DNA of 46,090 nt from Squatina squatina (GCA_031763465.1 JARFOE010000115.1:16407875-16453964); one strand, 5' to 3'; positions 12,991 through 24,556 are shown, counted from the first letter of the stretch. Notes: generated by a model not told the origin, from the letters alone. Numbers and translations are program-made.

Positions 12991-14071
12991 GATGGTATTA
13001 TTCAGAACAAGGGCTTCAAAGGTGGAGGTGGGGGAGTGGTTGAGCAAATCACATTTTTCCAGAGAGGGTGTNNNNNNNNNNNNNNNNNNNNNNNNNNNNN
13101 NNNNNNNNNNNNNNNNNNNNNNNNNNNNNNNNNNNNNNNNNNNNNNNNNNNNNNNNNNNNNNNNNNNNNNNACCGAATTTTGCCAAAGACAGGCATCCTT
13201 TCAGAAAAGAGGCACGTTGTTCCTGGTGGAGCTCAGAATAAAATCAAGCTGTTTGAGGAGGGGAGGGGGGAATTGCAGGGCAGTATTCAGTCCCATCGTT
13301 CTTTGCCACCCGTACCCCAGGAAAACTGGTGACATCAATGTTTTGAGGTCCCATTTATTCAGTCGGAAGGGAATATAAATACAGCAGAAACGGTTTATAG
13401 AATTCATTCTACCTATCTTGTGCTGTGCTAGAATGCTTTGTTGTGCCTGTTTCTCTCCCACACCTCCGTTCTGACAATGTATCAATATGTAACAGTTATC
13501 AGCATCAACCAGAAAAATAAATCCAGCATCACTTCCAGTCGAACCATGTATGTGGTACACAAGTATGTATCTGTCACTGTCCACCACAGCACACCTCCAA
13601 TAGTAAACTTAAATGGTGGGGGGAAAACACACAGTGAATTGTTTCTAACTGAAAGAAAGGCTCAAAAATCATCTCGAGCACGAATCAATGTATGCTGTTA
13701 CCTTGCAACACCATTCAAACTTCATTCTCCTGACTTACGACGTCACTAAAACCTTGTGGCACAGAATGAGGAGTTATCCCAAGGACATACGGTAAACAAG
13801 TTCCTGCTCTTGCGTAGAGTGCTTTTTCTTAGCTGTATTCATGTCCAGGCCAAAAAGGTGAATGCGAACCTTGACATCAAATTTTAAAATTGGTAATTCT
13901 CATTACTACTTGATTGCAGGTTAATAGAACGTGCACAATTAGTTTTGAAGGATTACAGGAATTCCAGTTACACCCCGCCCAACCCCCCGACAGTACCTGT
14001 AGATGTAGTGTTAATGTAAAGTAAAGCCCAAGGAGCGCAAAAAGACACATCCACCATTTGTTTTGTTTTTC

Positions 14072-14161
14072 TCAATGCAGCAACTTTGGTTCCTCTCCAA
14101 CTCCTCCAGCCAATTTGTACACAACAAGGCTCACTTCATGTGCCAGAGTATCTGCATGAGT
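14072..14161 (-). CDS. PGM3: PGM3 (phosphoacetylglucosamine mutase) last coding exon with stop
   Basis: Minus-strand TTTGCAG acceptor; THADTLAHEVSLVVYKLAGGVGEEPKLLH then TGA. Confidence 0.92.
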   Translation of the reverse strand, partial: THADTLAHEVSLVVYKLAGGVGEEPKLLH

Positions 14162-15164
14162 CTGCAAAACAAATAGAAATTGCATTTTACAGGGCTGTGA
14201 ACAAAAATCTCTTCTATTTATAATCTGTCACTTATCAACAGCTGATAAAATAGTGACCCTACTAAAGCTGAGTGCAGAGAGTGTTTCTTCAGGCTCAGTT
14301 AAGTATTGGCAGCAATAGGTATTATTATTCATAAGATTATCCATAATCCAATGTAGCACTTTGTGTGTTCTCTCTGCAGTTAAGATAAATTGGCTAAAAA
14401 GAATCCATAGTTAACCTGCAATGTGGCCCTCTTGTAGATTACCTGGAAATAGGCTGTTTACTTGGTTCTGAAATTAATCAAGTTAATTGTTCAGTAAATA
14501 TGGGAAATTTCATCCGTCCATCCAGGCATTAAAAAAGCAGCTGATGGAGGACACATCCGAGAACACAACTCCACGGCAGCAGACCGTCACCAACTGTCCT
14601 GAATGGTGAAATATATCTGTTTGGTGCCCATTGTCCCAGTTTAAGCTTCAATAGGAATGATGGGGGTTATATCAGGTACTAGTTTGCAGTAGATTTTTTA
14701 CTTCTTCTATTCCATTATTACGGAGTGAATACCCAAAGGCTCCCCGAGATTAAACTAAGCCTCACGCATAAGTCTGTACAATGGATGATGAACCTGGGTT
14801 GGTATTACAAGGGGAAATTTTAAAGTGTTGCATTTAATGTTTGTATAGCTGTTTCATTCTCCTATCCAGGATTAGGAGAAGATGAGTGGACGCATGTCAA
14901 TCCCAGTAAGCCAATCATAGCAAGAGTGTGTAGATCATACTTTGATGTGCAGGGAGTGAAGGCTGACTTCAGTAGGACTCCTGACATTGAACACAAGAAA
15001 TATCTGGTAAAGCCCGAAAATAGTAATGCATTTTCCAGAGGTGTAGTGAAGGCAATTTAGGACGGTGGCCAGCCACACCTGGGAACAATGACAGACTGAG
15101 ATGATCCAGTACTGGAGCATCACAGATTTATACTGAAGCAGTTGATTTTCAGTGCCGTACTTAC

Positions 15165-15338
15165 TTGTGTGTCAGCTTCAGCATATACTCTGACCACATC
15201 TTCTGTGCCCGATGGACGTACAAAGGCTCGTGACAAATTGTATTTCTTCACCAGAGCATCAACTTCTTGCTGCAGCCCTGCAGGGGACACTACTCGCCTT
15301 CCAGCATCCACAGTGGCAATCACTTGTCGATCAGACAC
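15165..15338 (-). CDS. PGM3: PGM3 penultimate exon
   Basis: [12 protein letters not shown]...[23 protein letters not shown] with the RPSGTE phosphate-binding loop; TAG acceptor and GTAAGT donor. Confidence 0.95.
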
Positions 15339-15494
15339 CTAGTACAAAATAAAGAGGAATACTTGGTGCAGAGAAATAAAATTGTGATGACTCGGGCTCA
15401 AGTCTTCAGCATGTATCCTAAGATCANNNNNNNNNNGGTGTCATACAAAAGCTCTGTGATCATGATTAAATTAATTACCACTCCTAGTGCTTTA

Positions 15495-15651
15495 CAGGCC
15501 CATTCCCAGGAGTCGGAGAGCAGAGGCTGCTGCTAAGTAGTTTAAAAAGCGCTGGGTTTGTTTTTTCAGGCCGATTCCAGGAGTCGGAGAGGAGAGCGGA
15601 GGACAGAGGCTGCCAGTAAGTTCGAAAAGCGAAGGGTTTGTTTTTTCAGGC
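15495..15651. repeat. Imperfect tandem duplication of about 72-80 bp
   Basis: CCAGGAGTCGGAGAG...CAGAGGCTGC...GGGTTTGTTTTTTCAGGC occurs twice. Confidence 0.85.
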
Positions 15652-15780
15652 TAGCCCCTCACAGACAGACGGCAGCGTTCCAGAGCCACGTCACATTTCA
15701 AAAAGTGACGCAGGCAAGAGAAAGCAGCTGATTCAGTGAGCATTTCAACTATTTAGTTGACAGGAAAGGTTAACAGTTAA

Positions 15781-15853
15781 CATAGAAAACAGAGAACATA
15801 GAAAAAAGGTGCAGAAGTAGGCCATTCTGCCCTTCGAGCCTGCACCGCCATTC
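15781..15853 (-). mobile_element. CR1/HE1-type 3' tail
   Basis: AACATAGAA repeats then GTAGGCCATTCTGCCCTTCGAGCCTGCACCGCCATTC. Confidence 0.75.
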
Positions 15854-15953
15854 NNNNNNNNNNNNNNNNNNNNNNNNNNNNNNNNNNNNNNNNNNNNNNN
15901 NNNNNNNNNNNNNNNNNNNNNNNNNNNNNNNNNNNNNNNNNNNNNNNNNNNNN

Positions 15954-16200
15954 CAAACCTGCAACCTCTACCACCTAGATGGGCAAGGACAGCAGGCACA
16001 TGGGAACACTACCACCTGCAAGATCCCCTCCAAGTCACATACCATCCTGACTTGGGTCAAAATCCTGGAACTCCCTCCCTAACAGTACTGTGGGAGCACC
16101 TTCACCACACGGACTGCAGTGATTCAAGAAGGTGGCTCACCACCACCTTCTCATGAGCAATTAGGGATGGGTAGCGATGCCCACAGCCCATGACCGAATT
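15954..16200 (+). mobile_element. Non-LTR retrotransposon 3' end; same family as 32580-32777
   Basis: Shares CCAAACC...TCTACCACCTAGA..GCAAGG.CAGCAGG...GGAACAC.ACCACC...CCAAGT.ACA.ACCATCC.GACTTGG with the inverted copy. Confidence 0.7.
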
Positions 16201-16352
16201 TTTTTTCTTATAAAGGCAGGCTTAATGGACAACCTGGTCTTTTCCTGTCCTTCATTTCAGTCTGTTTGTAACCCCTTCAAGGGTAAAATTAGAATCAACT
16301 CAGTGGAAAACTAGTTTCCTTTTGAACCCACACTCTCACCGTTGAATCTTAC

Positions 16353-16556
16353 CTCTGGATTGTGGGAGGCTGTGACCATTACACCAATAGTAGATTTGGT
16401 TTTCTTGGACCTCAGCACTGCCAGCAAGCCCATGCGATACATCACATGATCCAGCTGTTCAGCCTTTGCACGGAATCCTGCTGTTCCATATTGAAGAACT
16501 AGTCCTACAGGTTTAGGGTGTTGTCCAGACATCTTTACTTCTTCAAAGCAAGCCAT
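16353..16556 (-). CDS. PGM3: PGM3 first coding exon
   Basis: Acceptor ACAG 2 nt before ATG; 68 codons MACFEEVK...QYGTAGFR...[11 protein letters not shown] with the catalytic phosphoserine motif; donor GAG|GTAAGA. Confidence 0.95.
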
Positions 16557-16584
16557 AGCTGTGTTAGAGAAAGAATTTTTAGAA

Positions 16585-17420
16585 ATAGGAAAAGACCATG
16601 AGGCTGCACCAATCTGATAGTCTCTTAAACCCATTTAACTTCAAGGATCTTATGGCAACTTATTCCACAACTCTATTACCCTATGGGTGAACTCTATGAC
16701 GAGATTAAGTACGTCAATTCTCTTCATACTCTTGAAAACTTTAAGTACTTCGAATAGCACAGAAATTCCAACACAGAAAAAAGGCAACTGAGCCCAGCCA
16801 GTTGGTGTTTCTCCTCCATACAAAAGAGTAGTCTGAATCGCAGGTGCCTGCTTTGTCCCCATATCCCTTTATTCCACTGGCCTTAAACAACCTATCTGAC
16901 CTATTTTTAAATATTGTCACGGCCTCTGCTTCAATGAGTAACTCTAAAAAGTTTCTCTGCTCACTATTCTAAAGCTCCTACATTTAATCTTAAATATCTA
17001 TGTCCCATTTCAGACCCAATCACTGACGGTAGTCTGTTTCTATCTACTCTGTCTTATTCATTCATAATTTTAAACAACTCTATCAAATCATCTGTTAATC
17101 TCCTCTGTTCTAACAAAAACAGCCCCAAGCTTACGAAGTCTTCCTTCGTATTTGTATTTCCACATACCAGGCAGCATCCTCGTAAATCTACGTTGTAACT
17201 TCTCTGTTGCCTCAACATCCTTCCTATAGTGTTTGAGCCCCAAACTGCACCCAGCACTCACTGTGGTTTTATATCGATTCATCATTACATCTTACCTTTT
17301 ACATTCTATACCTTTGGCATCAAACACAATAATTATTAGCCTCTCAGCTCAAGCTACTGTTTTTAAAGCCTTATTAACCTGAACAACCAAATTCCTCTGC
17401 CCGTCCACATCTTCCGCCAT
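16585..17420 (-). mobile_element. Degenerate CR1 LINE fragments
   Basis: Minus-strand HYRKDVEATEKLQRRFTRMLPGM...YEGRLRKLG, LFLLEQRRLTDDLIELFKIM and FTHRVIELWNKLP, typical of the CR1 ORF2 C-terminus. Confidence 0.85.
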
Positions 17421-17789
17421 CAATGGGTCAATTAAAAATCAAAAGAAATCAGTAGATTTTAAGTACGTACAAATATTGGCACGTGTAACATCTGAAGTTT
17501 AACAAATTTAAAAAAAAATATATATATATATAAACAGATTTCCTGATGCTGTTGATTGTGTCAGATTGTGTTTTTTCTGATTAATTCCAAGAAAAGAGTT
17601 TTCTTTACTCACTGCCGTTAGATTCATCGAATTATAAACCAGCCGTTTAACCCAGCAAATTTATGCCAATGTATATATGTATACATAACGTTCTTCTCAC
17701 ATGCCAGTTATACAAACAAATCTTTGCATATCTCATGGGGTGGGGGAAACTAGTGTGAGTCAAGGAGGGCAAAATTTAATTTCTCTGCA

Positions 17790-18083
17790 CTTCCTCCAAT
17801 TCCAGCATCTTGCGCATCCCTGATTTCCTTCACTCCACTATTGGCTGTGGAGCCTTCAGCTGCCTAGGCCATAAGCTCTGAAATTCCCTCCCGAAACATC
17901 TCCCGCCTCGCTCTCCTCCTTTAAGACAATCCTTAAAACCCACTTCTTTGACCAAACTTCTGCTCACTTGTCCTATTATCTTCTTATTTAGCTCAGTGTC
18001 AAATTTTGTCTGATAATGCTCCTGTGAAGCACCTTGGGGCATTTTATTACATTAAAGGCACTATATAAATGCAAGTTGTTGTT
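17790..18083 (+). mobile_element. L2-type LINE 3' end
   Basis: GCCTTCAGCTGCCTAGGCC..AAGCTCTG.AATTCCCTCCC, CTTAAAACCCACTTCTTTGACC and tail GGCACTATATAAATGCAAGTTGTTGTT. Confidence 0.75.
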
Positions 18084-18437
18084 ACTTCCTTCTTTACCAA
18101 AACTATGGATAAATTCAGGATTTTTATTTGGAACTGCCATACAAACTTGAACAATGACACAGAGCCTGCTGCCTGTGTTGTTTTTCTTCCCTCCCAGTTT
18201 ACTTTACGTTAGGCCAATGTCTCTTCAAACATTTGCAAGCCCACACCCTCTACCCCAAATACGATCTGTCCCAGGGCTTCTCAAACCGGGCTATGGGGCA
18301 TGCAGAGCAGCGGTCGGCGGTGCATGGACCAACTGTTCTCCATCTCCCTCCCACCCACTTAAACAGTTAGTGCAAAAAGTGGTTTGCTTACAGATTGCAT
18401 GCAAGCTTGACTTCTGACAGCAAACACTCTGCTTGGT

Positions 18438-18537
18438 AATAAAAACAGAAAATGCTGGAAATATTCAGCAAGTCAGGCAGCGTCTGTGGGGAGAGAAACA
18501 GAGTCAGCGTTTCAGGTCAATGACCTATCGTCAGAAC
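18438..18537 (-). repeat. Penelope-type repeat with a degenerate minimal hammerhead motif
   Basis: Minus strand GTT-CTGACGA-T-AGGTC-ATT-GACCT-GAAAC-GCT-GAC. Confidence 0.55.
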
Positions 18538-18907
18538 CTTAAGGGCCAGAAATTCATCTCCTGTTGCGCCCCGTTAACGCCTCCGACGGGTGCTAACGGG
18601 GCNNNNNNNNNNNNNNNNNNNNNNNNNNNNNNNNNNNNNNNNNNNNNNNNNNNNNNNNNNNNNNNNNNNNNNNNNNNNNNNNNNNNNNNNNNNNNNNNNN
18701 NNATTGGCAGACTTATGAAACACTGGACATGAGACAGGATCAGCACCCCCAGTAACCAGATGGTGTCAGCATGCCGCTGCTCCACTCAGAGTTAACAGAT
18801 TAAGGATTTGCTTTCAAATTTGTTTCTTTTTTTCCCCATAGTCTTCCCAGTCACAAAGCCCATGTTTTGTTCATACTATGTTCATTGTTGGTTTTGCTAT
18901 ATTTCAG

Positions 18908-18997
18908 GAATTACAAGCAAGGCCAGAAAGCAACTGCACAGGGCAGTTAAAAGACTGGTGCAAGCCACAGCCGAGATCTTTTCATGGCCGCTGGATG
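18908..18997 (+). CDS. SERAC1: SERAC1 N-terminal region exon
   Basis: TTTCAG acceptor; GITSKARKQLHRAVKRLVQATAEIFSWPLD; donor G|GTCAGT in phase with the next exon. Confidence 0.85.
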
Positions 18998-19141
18998 GTC
19001 AGTAAGTCTCCATATTTCCATTGTTACTACAGGATGGAGTCATAGCACTAGACAAATGTTTAACCTTTAAGTTATGAATATAAGAGGTTACATTGAAGCA
19101 GTGGTGTTGCACTTTGGGATAGACTTGTGTGAGGCAACACA

Positions 19142-19452
19142 TTGAAGTAAGCAACATGTGGGTGCAGCATGTTGGGGTAGCCGGATGTTGACACAGCGAT
19201 TGGAGCATCCAGATGTTGACAGTCATTGGAGTATCCAGATGTTGGTGCAGCCAATGGAGCATTGAGATGTTGGTGCACCCAGAGGAATATCCAGATGTTG
19301 GTGCACCCATTGGAAGATCCAGATGTTGACACGGCAGTTGGAGTATCCAGCTAATGGTGCAGTCATTGGAGTATTCAGTTGTTGATGCAGCAATTGGAGT
19401 ATCTAGATGTTGCCGCAGTGATTGGAGTATCCAGATGTTGATGCAGCCACTG
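19142..19452. repeat. Degenerate 28-bp minisatellite, about 11 copies
   Basis: Consensus TTGGAGTATCCAGATGTTGGTGCAGCCA; unit starts at 19172, 19200, 19226, 19254, 19282, 19310, 19338, 19366, 19394 and 19422. Confidence 0.92.
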
Positions 19453-20422
19453 ATGTCCACTCTGCAGTAGCAATTTGCAACGCAGCACATTTGAAGCATC
19501 AGCTGATATAGTTGTTTTTTTCACTTTCTCTAACTCAGTGGTCTGATGCTGATTCTATATTCTTGATTCCAAGATGTGCAGCTTCTGTAATACATTGAGC
19601 ACTTGATTTGCCATAGGGATCACCAGCCCTTGTGACTCAATCCTCTGCTGGGAAGAAGCTGGTTGATGTATCAGACCATTTACTTGAGGAATCGGTGGCT
19701 AGATCTAGGAATTAAAATAGGCCTGGAGCAGCTGGCAGATGAAATATCAGGCAAGGCAGTATGGCATGTTGTACCCAATACGAAGGAAATAGCTACAAGA
19801 AAGAAAGTAGAAAGAGCTTGCATTTATATAGAATGGTTCCTGCANNNNNNNNNNNNNNNNNNNNNNNNNNNNNNNNNNNNNNNNNNNNNNNNNNNNNNNN
19901 NNNNNNNNNNNNNNNNNNNNNNNNNNNNNNNNNNNNNNNNNNNNCCCCGGTCCTTCTGTTTTTCCTTCTGCCATCTTGGTATTGCATGATATAATGATGG
20001 AGTTATTGATTAGGCGTGACAATCAATCTCTCTCAGTTAGCTTACAACTAACCCAGGCAAGCGGTGAGGAAAACCCCCAGTGGTGGAGAGCTTTGCAAAC
20101 CATGGGTCCAAAGTCACCTGTTCCTCCTGAGCGCGTTACACTCAGTATACGTCATGTCTCAAAATTATTCATTTACAGTATCCCAAAATGTTGTTTTGGA
20201 AAAACATGCAGATTAAGAGTTATGTTATGGTGGTGAAAATTTTGCTGTATGTGCAATTTTTGTTTTTTTTTTAAATTTACTTAGTGTTTAGTGTTAAAAT
20301 TAATCAGTGTTTAGTTCCTGCCATTGTGGGTGCTCTCCTTGGATACAGTATGCAGGTTTTGTGCTATTTCCTTGTTTGTGATGTAGAATTCTGAAATGAA
20401 TACTTTGGTTCATGTCTTTGAA

Positions 20423-20527
20423 TTGAGCTCCACTGTCACTGCTGTAGGGCAAGTATACCCACTGTTTTATTTGAGTTGAGCTCCACTCTGTCACTGGTGT
20501 AGGATGAGTAGACCCACTGTTTTATTT
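20423..20527. repeat. Tandem duplication of about 53 bp
   Basis: TTGAGCTCCACT..GTCACTG.TGTAGG...AGTA.ACCCACTGTTTTATTT occurs twice. Confidence 0.85.
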
Positions 20528-20663
20528 TACCAGTTGCTTTGCTTAAATAATTGTTTTTCCTAAAAACAAAAATTACAGCCAGTTAATGTGTTCCAGATTG
20601 TTTTTAAATATGTAAATGACCTGTGCAGATGCTTAAATTGTCATAGTTCTTTGTGTTTTACAG

Positions 20664-20795
20664 AGTATTACATGAAGCTAGATGTGGAAGACCATGAGTT
20701 TGGTTTGTGGCTTCTTCTAAAACGGACTCAGTCTAAAATTAAAGCAATCCGGGTGCAGGCTGTTCAGGAACTAGCAAAGAAGCATCACTGGCATG
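20664..20795 (+). CDS. SERAC1: SERAC1 exon
   Basis: TTACAG acceptor; LDVEDHEFGLWLLLKRTQSKIKAIRVQAVQELAKKHHWH; donor G|GTAATA. Confidence 0.9.
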
Positions 20796-22189
20796 GTAAT
20801 AAAATGGGATTAGATTTCCATATTTAACCAGTAGATAAAAAAAAAACAGATTTTACCATCATCACCTTGCTGTTCACTCCATTTCCTACACTTGCAGAGT
20901 TGATGTGTGAGCTTCAGTAAAGAAATTACACATCGTGAAGCTTGGAGAACAATACAAGTTTACAGCACAGAAGGAGGCAATTCAACAACAACTTGCATTT
21001 ATATAGTGCCTTTAACATAGTAAAATTCCAGCCCGTNNNNNNNNNNNNNNNNNNNNNNNNNNNNNNNNNNNNNNNNNNNNNNNNNNNNNNNNNNNNNNNN
21101 NNNNNNNNNNNNNNNNNNNNNNNNNNNNNNNNNNNNTTACCAAAAGTATTTGAGGTTAGTAAATCCTTTCATGTTCTTTGCTGTCTTGTTTTGCATTTAC
21201 ATTATAGTGATCGTGTTTGTGTGTAGTGGTGTGTATTTAGTGTGCATTTACACGATAGCGGTAGGGTTGCTGTGAAGTGGCTTCACTTTACACTACATTG
21301 AACTGCCAGCCCAGGATTAAAGGTCAGCTGGATTCCAGAGCAAAGTGGAGTGAGACTCCTCAATTTCATCCAGACCCAAATCTGGGTTTGCACAACTAAA
21401 GTTTAGTGTCAGTGCAAGCAAGGCTGCTGTCAAGACGTTTAACATTTGAGCCTTTCCTCATCTGGCCCACCTCCCTGCCTNNNNNNNNNNTTTGATAATC
21501 CTGGGATATTTTATTACGTTAAAGGCGCTCTATAATTGTTGTATAAGAATATTCAAGATGCTTACACACATTAGTTTGTACAGTATCTGGTATGCATCTA
21601 AGAATGTAAGATTGTTTGATTGTAGAGATACTTAATTGTAGTGTCCCTTCACCCAATTAGGTACCAGAACTATAGAATACTGCTCTTTCAACTAATTCTG
21701 TCCCAGAATTTCAACCAGTCAGATCACAAAGTTCACTATACCTTCAACCAATGACATTGCAGAACCAGGTTACATTGGTCCAAATGACCATCTTACCAGA
21801 AAATATTCTTTTCAGACACCACTGATAGTTTCCTGTTTCTTTATTATTCTATTTCTATAGCTATCTGAAAGATGAATCACCAGAAAAAGTGAGACAAAAA
21901 CATAGGAAAAGATGGGGAGGCATGCAGAGAGAGTAGGAAACCTAGGATAGAAAACAAACATAGGGAAGGTGAAACTTACAAAGTGAGGGAGAGCACAAGA
22001 GCAGAGAAATAGAGATGGTGAGGAGAGAATATGGGTGAGGTATGTATCTACTGAAAGAAAAGAAGATAAACAGAAAGAAGACATGGTTGCAACCAGAAAG
22101 TGATATATAATTTCCGAAGAATTTTTTTCAGTGACTAGTGCCGCAGCTTGTGTTTACATAAAAACCCTGCCCTGTTCTACTGTGTGTAG

Positions 22190-22291
22190 GACTCCTGCAT
22201 TGAAGATGAGCTGAGGTATCTGCTGGCCTCCCTACCGCAGTCTGAAGTGGATCAGTGTGTGCAGTACTTTACTTCTCTAGCTCTACGAGAA
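22190..22291 (+). CDS. SERAC1: SERAC1 exon, 3' end lost in a gap
   Basis: TGTAG acceptor; [34 protein letters not shown]. Confidence 0.92.
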
Positions 22292-22766
22292 NNNNNNNNN
22301 NNNNNNNNNNNNNNNNNNNNNNNNNNNNNNNNNNNNNNNNNNNNNNNNNNNNNNNNNNNNNNNNNNNNNNNNNNNNNNNNNNNNNNNNNNNTACCCAGTT
22401 CAGTCACCTGTTGCAGGCAGAATGCATCTTCCCTTTAAGAGGTGCAGGCTGGCTTTAATTGGTGCTGGCCACACATGAACCAGGGCCTCCTGCAGAGCAT
22501 TCAGCCACTCAACAGGGTATTCAGCGCTGAGCTGAACGTCACAATCCTGTTAATCAGCAGGCAGCACAAAGGGTGCAAACCAATTTCTAGCTGCTTGAAT
22601 TGTAATTTAATTTAACAAAAGTGAATTTTAAAGTTGTGTGTTGATTTGTGGAAGTTTCTGTACTATTCATCTTCCCCTGTTAGATTGGAGCGCATTTCTT
22701 TAAAATTCAGAAGCTTGAAGCCAGCGTATAGTGAAACTGGACTTGTCACTTTTTGTTTTTATCCAG

Positions 22767-22864
22767 GAAATCCTTGGCTTACCGGGGTCGGGAGCTGCTG
22801 ACTAAACTGAAAGCTGCAGGCGTTGGAGATCGGCCCGTGGTGTGGGTAGCACATAGTATGGGTG
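22767..22864 (+). CDS. SERAC1: SERAC1 exon with the lipase-type nucleophile serine
   Basis: ATCCAG acceptor; [33 protein letters not shown]; donor G|GTAAGA. Confidence 0.95.
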
Positions 22865-22964
22865 GTAAGAGCTTTACAAAAGCTAACAGATTTCCCCCTC
22901 TCCCTGTCTTACAGTTGCCACTTTAAGAAAAATATTCCTGTACTTGTATCAGACCCCTTTTAAT

Positions 22965-23285
22965 CATAGAATGATATAGCACAAAAGATCAGCCCATCAT
23001 GCCTGTGTCGGCATTTTGGTAGAGCTGTCCAATTAATCCCACTCCCCTGCTCTTTTCATAGCCTTGTAATTTTTTCCTATCATGTACAATTACATTTTGA
23101 AAGTTACCATTGAATCTGCTTCCACCAGCCTCACAGGCAGTGCATTCCAGATCACAACAACCCGCTCCGTTTAAAAAAAAAGTTTCCTCATCTCACCACT
23201 GGTTGTTTGGCCAATCACCTTAAATGTGTATCCTCTGGTCATTGACTCTTCTGCCACTGGCAACAGCTTCTCTTTATTTATTCTT
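22965..23285 (-). mobile_element. CR1-type 3' fragment
   Basis: ATCATAGAATGATATAGCACA...GAATCTGCTTCCACC...GGCAGTGCATTCCAGATCACAAC, the reverse of a CR1 3' end. Confidence 0.7.
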
Positions 23286-23672
23286 ATCAAAAGCATTTGA
23301 GTACAGGGGCAAGGATGTCTNNNNNNNNNNNNNNNNNNNNNNNNNNNNNNNNNNNNNNNNNNNNNNNNNNNNNNNNNNNNNNNNNNNNNNNNNNNNNNNN
23401 NNNNNNNNNNNNNNNNNNNNAGTCACTGAACATTAATTTTATTGTAATAAAGCTACCCTTCCAGCATTATTACTGGAATCCTAAGTGATTATTTATCTTC
23501 AGCCTCATGTTGAATTAGCTAAAATATCAAAACAGGGTGTGTCCAGGCAGACCAGATTTTCCTTTTGTAACAGATGTTGAACCGTAACAACAAGCCAGTT
23601 AGACTTGTCCCTTAAAACGAGGACTTGAGAAGGATTAATTATCAACCTTTGTTCATGAATATTCTCTTGTAG

Positions 23673-23816
23673 ATTCACCTGCTTTGAGAGAACTGAACAG
23701 TGATTTCACCAAGCTGGTACAGGAACAAGAAGTCAACATACTGAGTTTTGGGGAAATGTTACCAACAAACATTGGCAGTATGATCAAACTGCATGTGGTA
23801 CCTCTAAATTCAGCAG
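23673..23816 (+). CDS. SERAC1: SERAC1 penultimate exon
   Basis: TTGTAG acceptor; SPALRELNSDF...FGEMLPTNIGSMIKLHVVPLNSA; donor G|GTATAG. Confidence 0.93.
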
Positions 23817-23839
23817 GTATAGTAGAGTGAGACTATCGA

Positions 23840-24456
23840 TCAGATCTACCTACTTCTCCCTCGACCCTATTCCTACTAATCTGTTGAACACTCAACTTCC
23901 CTTCCTGGCTTCCATGTTAGCTGATATTGTTAACAGTTTTCTCTCCTAAAGTACTGTCCCCTCTCCTTGAAATCTGCCATCATCACCCATCTCCTCAAAA
24001 AAAACAACCCTTAACCCCTCCATCCTTGCAAACAACCGCCCCATCTCCAACTTTCCTTTCCTCTCCAAAGTCCTTGAACATATTGTCACCCCCTAAATCC
24101 TTTCCCATCTTTCCCGGAACTCCATGTTTGAATCTCTCCAATCAGGTTTCCGCCATTGCCACAGTACTGAAACGGTTCTTATCAAAGTTGATAGTGACAT
24201 CCTTTGCGACTGTGAAAAAATTAAACTATCGCTCTTCATCCTTCTCAACCTGTCTGCAGCCTTTGACAGATTGACCACTCCATTCTTCTCCAACGCCTCT
24301 CCACCGTCATCCAGCTGGGTGGGACTGAACTCGCCTGGTTCCATTCTTATCGATCTAAGTGTAGCTTCTCCTCCCACTCCCACATTGTTACCTTTGGTAT
24401 TCTCCAAGGATCTATCCTTGGCCCCCTCCTATTTCTCATCTACATGCTGCCCCTTG
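23840..24456 (+). mobile_element. L2-clade LINE reverse transcriptase fragment, frameshifted
   Basis: LDPIPT and FESLQSGFRHCHSTETVLIKVDSDIL...LLNLSAAFD, followed by a QGSILGP-like segment. Confidence 0.9.
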
Positions 24457-24556
24457 NNNNNNNNNNNNNNNNNNNNNNNNNNNNNNNNNNNNNNNNNNNN
24501 NNNNNNNNNNNNNNNNNNNNNNNNNNNNNNNNNNNNNNNNNNNNNNNNNNNNNNNN

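Noticed and set aside
16557-16634. N-terminal extension of PGM3 (MGLRDYQ...)
   Set aside because: Crosses a splice acceptor into CR1-derived intron; the ATG at 16556 gives the expected 68-codon exon
19142-19452. CRISPR-like periodicity
   Set aside because: Units are contiguous and degenerate with no unique spacers or cas genes, in a vertebrate intron
18999-19499. 166-aa repetitive minus-strand ORF
   Set aside because: Translation of the minisatellite; no splice or homology support
21812-22084. Hydrophobic 90-aa minus-strand ORF
   Set aside because: By-product of a purine-rich low-complexity tract
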